Numbered from the whole stretch's first letter, positions 41,625 through 52,146 are shown. The stretch: 63,874 nucleotides of DNA, filler included, from Octopus bimaculoides (GCF_001194135.2; 5 parts of 5 records of this genome joined end to end with filler, not necessarily neighbours in it); one strand, 5' to 3'. Translations and numbers: made by a program. Notes: a model not told the origin generated them from the letters alone.

Positions 41625-41760
41625 GCTTCAGACAGAATGCTCTGTGGCATTTGTTTTGACTCTTTGCACCCAAGTTCAAATCCTGCTGAGGCCAAGTATA
41701 CCTTTCATCTTTACAGGTTTCATAAATAAGGTACCAATCTATTGCAGGGAACTGGACAAG
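41625..41760. mobile_element. SINE family B, diverged
   Basis: caagttcaaatcctgctgaggcc...cctttcatct...ataaataaggtacc; orientation not resolved with confidence. Confidence 0.55.
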
Positions 41761-43383
41761 CTTTTTTAAGGGTCGGATGAGATGAGTTGTGGTATTTACT
41801 CCATTTCTTTGCATTTTAAGTTTAAATTCTGCCTAGGTACCAAAAGTCACCTGCAATAACCTGCAGGCCTAGTATGACAAATAAAGCAAACCGTGAAGGC
41901 AATGCTAGCACCAAATAGATGCTGTTGGGTGAAATCAAGAGAAGGGTTTCTCTGATGGAGAAACTTATACACTGGTAACAATTATCAAATATCTATAATT
42001 TATCTTCTTTGGGTAAAGAAACTATCTGACAAAACAGTAAATATTTCTCACACACATACCCTCTTTAATCATGCTTTGTTGACTAATTACTATAATACAT
42101 TGTAATAATTATATATATAAAAATAAGAAATGTCTACGATACCTATTTGCAGACAAAATGCCGCTATTCATTTTGCCCAGTGTGCTAACAATTCTGCCAA
42201 CTCACAGCCTCGATAGTGATATTAAAATTTTAAAATAAAATAATCTTAGTATTTTATTTTGTCTTAGTTTTTGAGAGTGAACACCAAAACAACAGATGGA
42301 ATTTTTAAAGACCATCATTAAAATAGTTGTGATGAACAAAATGGAGTATGGTCCCAATGAAGTGACATCTGATGGTATGGTCATTTCAATTTACTTGCAT
42401 CGCTAACAACATTAGAACAACCTACCAAATCCCTTTTTTTTTCTTCAATAAAGACAATAGAAATAATCACCTATTGATGGATACCCCTAATTATGTAACT
42501 TCAGACATTTGACCTCCACTATTGAGTAAAATAAAAGCAAATATATACTAAAATATATAAAAATCTTAATAATGGAACAACATCTCTGCTAATTAATAGT
42601 TTCAATTTATAAAGAAATAACCAAAACTAAATTCTTTAATTTCAAATCAAATTTCACCACAGGTGACTCTACCTAATTACAAGTATGAAGAGACAATACT
42701 AGAAACATACGGATGTTGATTCAGTCAAATATAAGTAAAATACTAACCAGCAAAAGTAAACTGTTGTCATAAATTAAAAAAAACTAAAACACTTATTCAA
42801 ATCAAGGTTAAATTATTTTGATTAATAAGTATTACCAATTGAAACATGGATAAAATATCAGATATTGTTATATTTAAGAAAATTAAATCTTCATAGAAGA
42901 CAGCAGTTTAGAAGACTAAATTACAAAGCAGTAATACACTTCCTTTATGTACTGTTTCCTTCCATGCCAAGGCTAAACTCTTTAACAAATAAGTGTCTCA
43001 CGAGGATACAACAGAACAAATGTATGTATTGAAAATAACTGAAGTATTTGGATCTCAGTTAATAAAAGTATATTACAAACTGAGGACTGGGAAATAAAAG
43101 CTAAAAAGAAAAGGTCATTTGTAAAGAGATAAAAATATGGATATATTAGGATAAGTAATAAGGATTTGGTGGCCAGTTGAAATGTATCAACATTAAGAAC
43201 TATAGAGAAGCACACTAATATTTGGAATAAAAAAAAGTAAAAGATAAAGGAAATTCTAAATATAATTAGAAGATTTTCCTTCATGAGAATCTGAATTAGA
43301 AATTTGTTAGTTTTGTAATAAAGAAAATATATAAATTTCGTTGTGTAAATTATACAAGAATATAATATTAATGACAGACTTAC

Positions 43384-43600
43384 ATTTATTGTGTAAAATC
43401 CTTTGTTGTATAAATTGTGACTTGGTCCCAATGTTCTGTTGTTAATGGTTGTCTGTGTCACTGCTGCTATGGTGTGACAATGGCTTCATGTTGATGGAAT
43501 AGTGTTGGTGGTGAGTCAGTGGGGAACCAGCAGTTCCTCTCAGTCTTCCTTTGTGGATGTGTGATGTTTAGTGTGTGTAAGTATATGAATGTGTGTGTGT
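43384..43600 (-). other. Candidate non-coding first exon / promoter of the minus-strand Pcdh
   Basis: Donor AAAT|GTAAGT at 43383-43378. More GC-balanced island in AT-rich surroundings. AP-1 site TGAGTCA at 43512-43518. 5' boundary is a guess. Confidence 0.35.
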
Positions 43601-43745
43601 GTGAGAGATGGGTGATGCTTATTCCAGTTTCACTCAGACTATTTCCCCTCACACAGAAGAAGAAAGAATACAGAATATCAGCCCCGTTAACAGTCAGCCA
43701 TGTTAAGTCTATACAACACCAATATGTCTGATGTAGAGAGAGAGT

Positions 43746-43748
<3 letters not shown>

Positions 43749-43830
<82 letters not shown>
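43749..43830. repeat. (AT)n microsatellite; representative of dozens of (AT)n/(AC)n/(TATG)n tracts, which flank many N gaps
   Basis: Direct reading. Confidence 0.95.
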
Positions 43831-43834
<4 letters not shown>

Positions 43835-44258
43835 TAAGTGTTTCATACAGATCTTATATTAGCAAAACATTATTGTTGTTAGTAAATACATTTACTAACT
43901 TATGATGTTAAACAGACAATTCTAGTTAGAATATGTCTGACTTAAATATAACACAAAATCTATAATGGAAAATACTGATAAATATGTTTATAAATGAGGA
44001 TATTTTGTAATAATTTATATTTTATGACTTAATTTCTAAAAAATATCAGTTGTCATTATAAACACAGAAGGAATGTTTAAAAAAATTGTCTAAATGCTGT
44101 AAGACAAATGTCTTCTTAAGAAAGTCATTTCTTGTTTCTTAAATGCGAATATATAATTAATTTTTTATCATATTATTTTTTGATTGTCTATTTAAACATA
44201 AACATTCAAGACACTACTTATCAATGCCAAGCTTCCTTATTGCTATTTTAATATATAC

Positions 44259-44491
44259 ATATCAGCTGAATAAAGTAACAACATCGTCTGGTTTTCACAT
44301 TTTTTATAATGGTATTTTAACATTAAAAAATATTTTGTAACGCTCATAAAGTTAAATTAGCGCTTTCATACACTATATATGAAAGTGCTAATTTAACTTC
44401 ATGAGCGTTACAAAATATTTTTTTTAATATCAAAATACCATAATAAAAAACATGAAAACCAGACCATGTTTTAACTATATTCAGCTGATAT
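44259..44491. repeat. 233-bp near-perfect palindrome (MITE-like foldback) in the putative 3' UTR of the minus tail gene
   Basis: Arms 44259-44370 and 44378-44491, 7-nt loop, 11 substitutions plus a 2-nt bulge (about 90% identity). Confidence 0.95.
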
Positions 44492-44520
44492 ATTATTCTA
44501 TACACATTCACACAAATTCG

Positions 44521-44567
<47 letters not shown>

Positions 44568-44644
44568 TGAGATGAAACATTGTCCAATCCAGCAGAAAAT
44601 GATTCAGGTGATATTAAAATAAAACATCCATTACTCATTCTTAA

Positions 44645-44650
44645 TTTATT
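44645..44650 (-). terminator. Candidate proximal polyadenylation signal AATAAA (minus tail gene)
   Basis: About 76 nt downstream of the stop; a second AATAAA at 43835-43830. The hexamer is common in AT-rich DNA. Confidence 0.3.
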
Positions 44651-44725
44651 CCGAAGACTTAAAGATCCACTACAAATTTATATAATGTGAAAGGTTAGGA
44701 GTTTGTGAGTAATAATTGTGACTGA

Positions 44726-44841
44726 TCAGTTGTTTATAACATCAGGTGTAGCAGGGAGTTGTCTTTCTGGAGGCTTCACGTATCTGTCCTGGGGCAGTTT
44801 CTCAGTATTGGCTGCGGGGTCCTGTTGCATACCATAGACAG
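44726..44841 (-). CDS. Terminal coding exon (AVYGMQQDPAANTEKLPQDRYVKPPERQLPATPDVINN*)
   Basis: Acceptor tgtatatgtttcag at 44842-44855. In frame with the preceding exon; TGA at 44728-44726. Clear paralog on the plus strand at 45786-45904. Confidence 0.75.
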
Positions 44842-44927
44842 CTGAAACATATACAATGGTAATACATAGAGTCAGTTTTGTACATTATATTTATCTTTGT
44901 TATTCTCTTAGTTTATACTACCCTTAC

Positions 44928-45081
44928 CTGACATTGCTGGTATTTCTTCATACTGTCTACTTGACCGCTCACTCCAGCACTGTCCACTGCTCTTACAACT
45001 GGTTAATGTGTCAGTGGGATAGTTAGAAGATGGTCTGTTGTCTCCATAAGATGTCACCTCAATGGGTTGACTGTATTTCTG
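44928..45081 (-). CDS. Internal coding exon of a probable protocadherin cytoplasmic tail (QKYSQPIEVTSYGDNRPSSNYPTDTLTSCKSSGQCWSERSSRQYEEIPAMS)
   Basis: Bounded by acceptor ttgtattttacag (NAGNAG) and donor G|GTAAG. 154 nt, open, phase 1. Splices in frame over an 86-nt GT-AG intron to the next exon. Assignment to Pcdh is an inference from context. Confidence 0.7.
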
Positions 45082-45785
45082 CTGTAAAATACAACAGCAA
45101 CAAGATATAAATAATATAATTGATGATACTTTCTCTGGAGTTGTATGCATGCAGCCATCTTTGGTATAAAACAACTGCCTACTTTTTTACCAATTATCAA
45201 TCAGTTTGGCAAAATAACTGTAAAATAATTTCTTAGGCAGGCACAAGGTCCTTTTTATGGAAAGAATACAGTCAATGGAACTGCCCTCCATACATAACTG
45301 GTATAAAAGGCAAACTCCAGCAGGATTTTGACTCAGCATACAACTAGACATAAATACTGTCAAACAATTAATCCATGGCTTGACCATTTCTGATACTACT
45401 CACCTTTTTGGGTGAACAAAAAATAATGAACATCTTTGAAAACCACAGCCGTTTGTTAAACTCAGGTCCTAGTTCTAGTAACACTAAGTGAATGAAAGAT
45501 GACTAAAGCATTGGTTAGCAATGAAGACTATTCTAAATAATATTCTCANNNNNNNNNNNNNNNNNNNNNNNNNNNNNNNNNNNNNNNNNNNNNNNNNNNN
45601 NNNNNNNNNNNNNNNNNNNNNNNNNNNNNNNNNNNNNNNNNNNNNNNNACAGTAATTCATTACTAATTATTGTACTAATTATTGTTGTTGAATGACATCT
45701 AATTAGTTCTGTGTGTATGTCCCTAGAGTATTTCTGATGATGGTGATTGTTTCAAACATTGCTACATTAAAACAATCTTTTGCAG

Positions 45786-45904
45786 GGATCTATGGTAGCC
45801 AACAGGATACACCAGTGAACCCTGAAAGACAACAGTACCAAGACAGATATGTGAAACCTCCAGAGAGACAGTTACCTTCAACACCAGATGTCATTACTAA
45901 CTGA
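45786..45904 (+). CDS. Paralogous terminal coding exon (GIYGSQQDTPVNPERQQYQDRYVKPPERQLPSTPDVITN*)
   Basis: Acceptor aatcttttgcag ending at 45785, same phase (1) as the minus copy. Shares YGxQQD, QDRYVKPPERQLPxTPDVIxN and the stop position, with synonymous changes inside the conserved block. Confidence 0.75.
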
Positions 45905-46293
45905 CCACTGGTCACTTACTAAATATTGACCCCTCAGAACAAGATTTCAAATATAATACTCATCCTACACACTCACACACTCAAAGTAATATAAATATCA
46001 TAACTTCTAACTTTACCTTACAGTTACAATATTATATACCAACATATGACACAATATATAGATGCCAACAATGAAGTCAGCAACATTTCAATATTTATAA
46101 ACACACAGAATTTTACATATTGTTTTATATCAGCCAATATTTTCTCTGATATTCTCAGTTATCTGCTCTTTATGAAATTTCCCAAATATCTCTGGCATTA
46201 AATTAGAATAGATTTAAAATATATATCTCTATTTTTTACAACAGTGTTTTTAAAATCTAACACTTAGGAAATTATATATAAAAATGATACCAA

Positions 46294-46299
46294 AATAAA
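46294..46299 (+). terminator. Candidate polyadenylation signal AATAAA (plus tail gene)
   Basis: About 390 nt downstream of the TGA at 45904. Confidence 0.3.
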
Positions 46300-47879
46300 C
46301 ATGCCTGAAAATTAGAATATTCCTTCTGTATTTGTTCATACATCCTCCATTATAGGTTGGGTGTATATTTAGGTCAGACACATCTTAACTAGAATTATTC
46401 TATATTAACATCATTTGCTAGTAATATATTTACCAATATCAGTGATATTTTGTTAATATAAAATCTGTATGAAACACTGAATATNNNNNNNNNNNNNNNN
46501 NNNNNNNNNNNNNNNNNNNNNNNNNNNNNNNNNNNNNNNNNNNNNNNNNNNNNNNNNNNNNNNNNNNNNNNNNNNNNNNNNNNNNNNNNNNNNNNNNNNN
46601 NNNNNNNNNNNNNNNNNNNNNNNNNNNNNNNNNNNNNNNNNNNNNNNNNNNNNNNNNNNNNNNNNNNNNNNNNNNNNNNNNNNNNNNNNNNNNNNNNNNN
46701 NNNNNNNNNNNNNNNNNNNNNNNNNNNNNNNNNNNNNNNNNNNNNNNNNNNNNNNNNNNNNNNNNNNNNNNNNNNNNNNNNNNNNNNNNNNNNNNNNNNN
46801 NNNNNNNNNNNNNNNNNNNNNNNNNNNNNNNNNNNNNNNNNNNNNNNNNNNNNNNNNNNNNNNNNNNNNNNNNNNNNNNNNNNNNNNNNNNNNNNNNNNN
46901 NNNNNNNNNNNNNNNNNNNNNNNNNNNNNNNNNNNNNNNNNNNNNNNNNNNNNNNNNNNNNNNNNNNNNNNNNNNNNNNNNNNNNNNNNNNNNNNNNNNN
47001 NNNNNAATTATGGTTATTTTTCAAGTGAAATATATTTAAATCCAGTTAGTTTGTTGTGTCTTATTTGCAGACATCTTCATATATTATCAGTATTGATAAT
47101 GTATAATATATAACCACAAGATGTTCTTTATTGTGTGTATTTTAAAGAAATTTGAGTGTTTCTTGTTAAGGATCTTTTGAGAGAGTCAAGTATCTTTATT
47201 ATGTTTATATGTAAGAATGTGTTGTATTAATATAAAATATTAAAGTGAAACTGGGAGAATAGTTGACAAGATGGTGGTTTAGTGTCAATATATATATAAT
47301 GAATATTGTGTTGTGGTATTGTTTAACTCTTTCTAAATTTATTATTCTGTCAGATTTTATTGGTTTTAATCTGTTTTGTTGCATTCATACTGAAACACTG
47401 TCGTATTTGGTCTTGTTTAATGAATATCTTTTAATTAAATGTGGTGTTGATGGCGGAGGTTTTCTGTCATTAGATATTTCTGTAAAATTTTGTTCACTAA
47501 AAGAACTGTATTTACATTGAATTACACTATTGTATCTATAATACAATAATTGTATTTTCATAATGTATTTGTCATTTGTGTATGAAAGAGAACTTCATCA
47601 TCATCATTGGATGTCCATTATCCATGCTGAAAATGGATTGGACAGTTTGATGGGAAGCAGTGCCTCTAAGGATGACATTGATCTCCAGTGTCCGTTTTGG
47701 TATGCAACTGGATGACCTTCCTAACCTCCAACCACTTTATAGCATGGGCTGGGTGTGCTTTACATGCCACCCACACTGCTGGAGTCACAGTGCAGTTTGC
47801 AGCTTGAAAGTGAAGGAGAGAGAGAAGGATAAAGAAGAGAAAATGATGTGTAGGAGCTGTAAAACATAGTGGTGATAAG

Positions 47880-50800
47880 GGATCCAGGTTACCCCACAAG
47901 GCACAAGCTAGGTAGAAGTGTGTGTGTAGGTAATTTGTAAGATTGTATGGGAAGGTGAATGAAGGGTAGGGCAGGCTGCCAAAATGGGTAGGGCTGGAGG
48001 AAGGATGAGACAAGAGTTGTGCGCTCAGGATGATTGAGGGATGCAGAAGAGTGGGGAGAAGAGGGGGTAGCAAGAGTAGTAATGATGATACAGTTGCTGA
48101 TGGTGGGGAGGACGAGGAGGGTGGAGGAAGAGATAAGTGTAGCATGTGAGAGGAGGGAATTTCTGAAACAGACTGAGTCTCCAAAATATAGCACTTCCAG
48201 GACTCAGTCCCAGTGAGGAAGGTGAGTCCTTTTGAGAACCTTATATCATGAGAGATCCCGGTCCTTTGTCATCTCATCCAGGAGGTTCAAAGAGCTGAGG
48301 TCAGCTTCCACCACTTCATCCCATTTCTTCCTGAGGGTTCCACACCCCTTTAAGCAAACAGCAGTTCTCATCCACTTGCATCCTGTGGCCACACCATCTC
48401 AATCTTCTCTTCTTTCTGGAACACAACAGCTGATACCTCCTATATCTAGTTTTCCATCCAGAATTTTTAATTAGAATTTCCAAAACTGATCCATTACAAC
48501 CATAAGAATTCTTGTAAATAAATGGAAAATATTGATCAGTATTAATTATAAATTTTTTGTCTTTTCCTAATTGTTATAAATGTCTATTTTATACAAATCT
48601 AGTTGTCCTTTATCCTGAGTTAATGTGACATCTTCATTGAAAAAAACTTTCTGCCATTGTCTTTCTGATGATTTCTCCATGTTTTGTTTTTGAACTAGAA
48701 AAACCTTGTTTAAATATCATTTTAGTTTTTATAGAGAAAGATTTATTTATTGTAGAGAGGAACGAACCACTTTCTTGTTGACAGTTCCTTAAGGGTGAAT
48801 ATATTGTCTTCTCTCAAAAGTGTCACCTTTTGATCTTTTGCTGGGAGCTTCTATCTGGTTGCTTGATTTTCTTATATAACAGCCAAATTCACCCTCTTCT
48901 ACAACCTCCATCTACATTAAATGATCATTACTTCTTCACACAGCTGTCCTCATCCAGATGCATCACAAGTGCATACCAGAACAGTCTTCTTTCTTGCACA
49001 CTACATTTAATTCTTCATATGCTCAGTTTTTCTTGCAACATTTTTGTATTATGCCATTCATGCACCCTTACATCCAATAGAACCTGCTGGTTCATTTCTT
49101 TCCACTTTTCTCAAGTCCTTTACACTTGAGGCCCCTGTCTCTCTACCATGCAGTATCACAGTTCTAACAAAACTATCAAACAATCTCCACTTCCCTCTGA
49201 GGGAAAGATTTTTATTGCCAGCAGTAGTAATACCAATTTTCCAACCTGTACTTACTCTGGCTACCCTACTTTCAGTGCAACCATCTTCCCCGATAATTAT
49301 GTCTCCTCTATAACAAAAGCTATTGTCTACTTCCTGTGAACCACCTGAGAATTGAAGAGAATCAATTTCTTGTGTTCTCATAGTACATTCTGTTTCTGTG
49401 CTCGTGTCACATAGTGTGTTTTGTTAGTCTGCCTGTGATTCCACTGCACCACTTGTGCATAGCTGTAACTTACACTGGATGCAGCAATTGGCATTTATAC
49501 GTATTCTTTTTCTGCATTTTCATTTTGATCAAGGCCATTTACAATATCTGGATCCTGTCTTCTTTCGGACTTACTAAAAACCTTAGTCTTGACTAAGTTT
49601 ACCTTGATTTTTAGGTTTAGCTTCCATACCTGGAATTTCTTCTCTAATTCCTCCATAGATTCAAGTATGAGAAATGGATTATCAACAAATGCAAATCTCC
49701 ATGGATATCTAATCTTAAATTTCTTTGTGATGGCTTCATGGACTGTGATGAATAGGAGAACACTGAGATTGAACCTTGATGGATCCCTACTGTTCCTCTA
49801 CTGTTCCTCTAAATTCATTACTGAAATCCTTGTAGACTCTTATTTTACTGCACAGACTTCACAGGTCATTCATCAACACTTAGTAACCACCAAATTAACG
49901 AGCATGCTATCCTGTCAAATACCTTCTCTAAATCAGCAATTGTCAAGAAAAACAGTAGCAAAGTATTTCTCGTTACAGTTGCATCTGTTTTGGGTCAATT
50001 ATGTTATGACACACTTCAACCTTCATAGTTTTTTTTTTATTCCTCTGTAATTTTCTCTTTCTAAGGCCTTGGTAATATTTTGGTGAGGCATGTGTAGGGT
50101 TATGTTGAATTTATACCTTTTGTACACAATGTTTAGCATCTCAATAGAGAAAGGGAGCAATTTGAGAATGAGTTATTTAAAAAAAATTCTTTACACCCCT
50201 TCTGTGGACAATTTTATCAAATTTTTGACACTTTAGAGAGATCAAGTTGTTTAAAATTTGACACTTTAGAGACATCAGGTCATGTCATTTTCATCAGCTC
50301 TATTCATAAGATCTGATGTCTCTAAAGTGGAAATAAGATTATTTCCTTCAATTTAGTGGTTTGTGAAAACATGTAGGTAAAAGTGTATGTGTGTCTCCTA
50401 GACATTTTTTTTTTATTTTGATTCCCGGTAATATTGTAAGCATTAACCAAAGTTAAATATCACAAGGGAGCTTCAGGATTTTAGAAATGATTCGTTGGGG
50501 ACCACTGCTCTAAGGCATCTCCTTTGTTTTTGTGTCAGTTCATTGTTATATCGCTATGTCAGTCATTGGGTATGATGCCTTCCTGTATAACCTGATTTCC
50601 TATCCAGGTAGTAATCATTTCGCTTACCTTCCCAGATATCTTGAACATCTCTACAACTTGCTTTCTCTTCATGCCCATAATTTCTTTGTCAACCACATTA
50701 CTTGTCAACTTGAATTGCTGGTCCTCTGTAGGCTCCCCCTGTTTATCCCATGCATTCTCCACATTCGACAACCTCTCATAATAGCACTCCCTTGCCTCTT

Positions 50801-51350
50801 GTCTTCCATGGCTAATGTGCCTTCATCATTCCAAATATACTTCTCACCAATGGTATCTGAACTCTCTCTAACTGTCTTACAATCCTGATCCTTATGTTGC
50901 AAATTTCTTCTTTTCTGCCCTACCCTTATCTGAGTATACCTGTTTGCCTAGCTACCCTTCATGCTGTTTGATAATGCTCCCTACAGTCACCTTCCTTCTG
51001 GGTTTTCCAAGCCTGTCCCTTTGTCTTTACCATTCTATCATCTATATCATTCCACCATCAGTTTGACTGGGAGTTTGTCAGATCCATAGCCCTTGCAGAT
51101 TATTTTGCTGGAATTCTCAGTAGCCATCTATGTTGCAGGTGTTTCAATCTTTCTCCCTACAGTCATGGATCTTTTAGCTTCCATGCCTAGCTTCTCCATA
51201 TCGTCTTCTGTTTCTGTGTCTAACTTCACTCTGACTCTGAACTCTCTAACCACTCATCCACATTGTGTTGTGCATTCTTTATCAGGAAAGGTTTGGATTG
51301 TTTACAATGGTCCTTCTGTCTTATTTCCTGGTAAGAATGAAATCTAACTT
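47880..51350 (-). mobile_element. Decayed RTE-clade LINE with nested insertions, antisense to and upstream of the plus Pcdh
   Basis: EGIIPND, KGDAL, DLEKVFDR, GIHQGS, degenerate YADD (FAFVDN), FCYRGDII..GCTES.VARV, SLRGKWRLFDSFVRTVILHGRET, VQERRL, KKWDEVVEADL..LNL.DEMTKDRD; many frameshifts. Confidence 0.8.
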
Positions 51351-51780
51351 GAGTGATTAATAGATTGTACATGATGAGGTGGTTGGCTGTGTTTTCTTCA
51401 CTCCAATATCTATCCAAATCAGTTAAAAAGACAGTTAAATATTTTATATTTCATATAAAACATTCTTACAAATAACAAGTATCTGCTCCATGGAATTCTG
51501 TGACATTGTGCTTGAAGTATTGCATTTTAAAGTTTAGTTAATGAAGCAAAGATGGAAATTATCATTGTATAATTTACAGGAAGGTGATTATGAACTTAAT
51601 ACTGCTTCGTTACAGATTTTATAAATATAATATATTGGGTATTATTGTGATTAATGAAGGTAAAGCAGGAAAGAATGGAAACATTCAATACAATAAAAAG
51701 ATATTTATTTTGCTGTGGTTAATAGAATAAATATTATAAATCTGTTATTTGTTTCTGTAAAGTAAATGGCAGTTGTGTAC

Positions 51781-51794
51781 CTTTATATTTTCAG
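51781..51794 (+). promoter_or_regulatory. Splice acceptor of a 5' UTR intron, 28 nt upstream of the second Pcdh ATG
   Basis: ctttatattttcag|atcaat; same architecture as the minus-strand paralog. Confidence 0.6.
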
Positions 51795-51822
51795 ATCAAT
51801 TGACTGGTATTTAACTCAACTA

Positions 51823-52046
51823 ATGAAGATGGTCTTAATAGCGATATGGATATTACAGTGTCTGCTTCACTGTTCTGTCTCTAAAGACATTGTTTACCAT
51901 GTGAAAGAAGAAAACAGTCCTATTATCAACATAGGAGACATTACTGCTGATTCAAAGTTAAAGGACCCTGCATTATTATCATTCAGTCAGTTACAACAGA
52001 AGGGAACACAGCTATTTAATGTGACCAACACTGGAAAGATATACAC
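51823..52046 (+). CDS. Pcdh: Second protocadherin, N-terminus (signal peptide + partial EC1), truncated at assembly linker
   Basis: MKMVLIAIWILQCLLHCSVSKDIVYHVKEENSPIINIGDI...QLQQKGTQLFNVTNTGKIYT aligns with the minus-strand copy (KDITFHVKEEN...IGDI...QLKQKGTQLFNVTKEGKLYT). The ATG at 51823 follows a splice acceptor, so the ORF-track start at 51766 is probably intronic. Confidence 0.9.
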
Positions 52047-52146
52047 NNNNNNNNNNNNNNNNNNNNNNNNNNNNNNNNNNNNNNNNNNNNTTAATTAATT
52101 AANNNNNNNNNNNNNNNNNNNNNNNNNNNNNNNNNNNNNNNNNNNN
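52047..52146. other. Artificial scaffold linker
   Basis: 44N + TTAATTAATTAA + 44N. Confidence 0.95.

Noticed and set aside
43490-43540. CTCF/CSE-like promoter element as in vertebrate Pcdh clusters
   Set aside because: Only CCAGCAG matches; the GGGGCGC core is absent.
45040-45060. WIRS (WAVE-binding) motif in VTSYG
   Set aside because: The consensus needs Phe (as in FSTFG); Tyr and a small first residue make it a poor match.
44726-45904. Somatic DNA inversion switch joining tails to ectodomains
   Set aside because: No recombinase gene or inverted recombination sites are visible; geometry alone does not support it.
51766-51822. N-terminal extension MAVVYLYIFRSIDWYLTQL of the second Pcdh
   Set aside because: It spans the polypyrimidine tract and AG acceptor; the ATG at 51823 gives a normal signal peptide matching the paralog.
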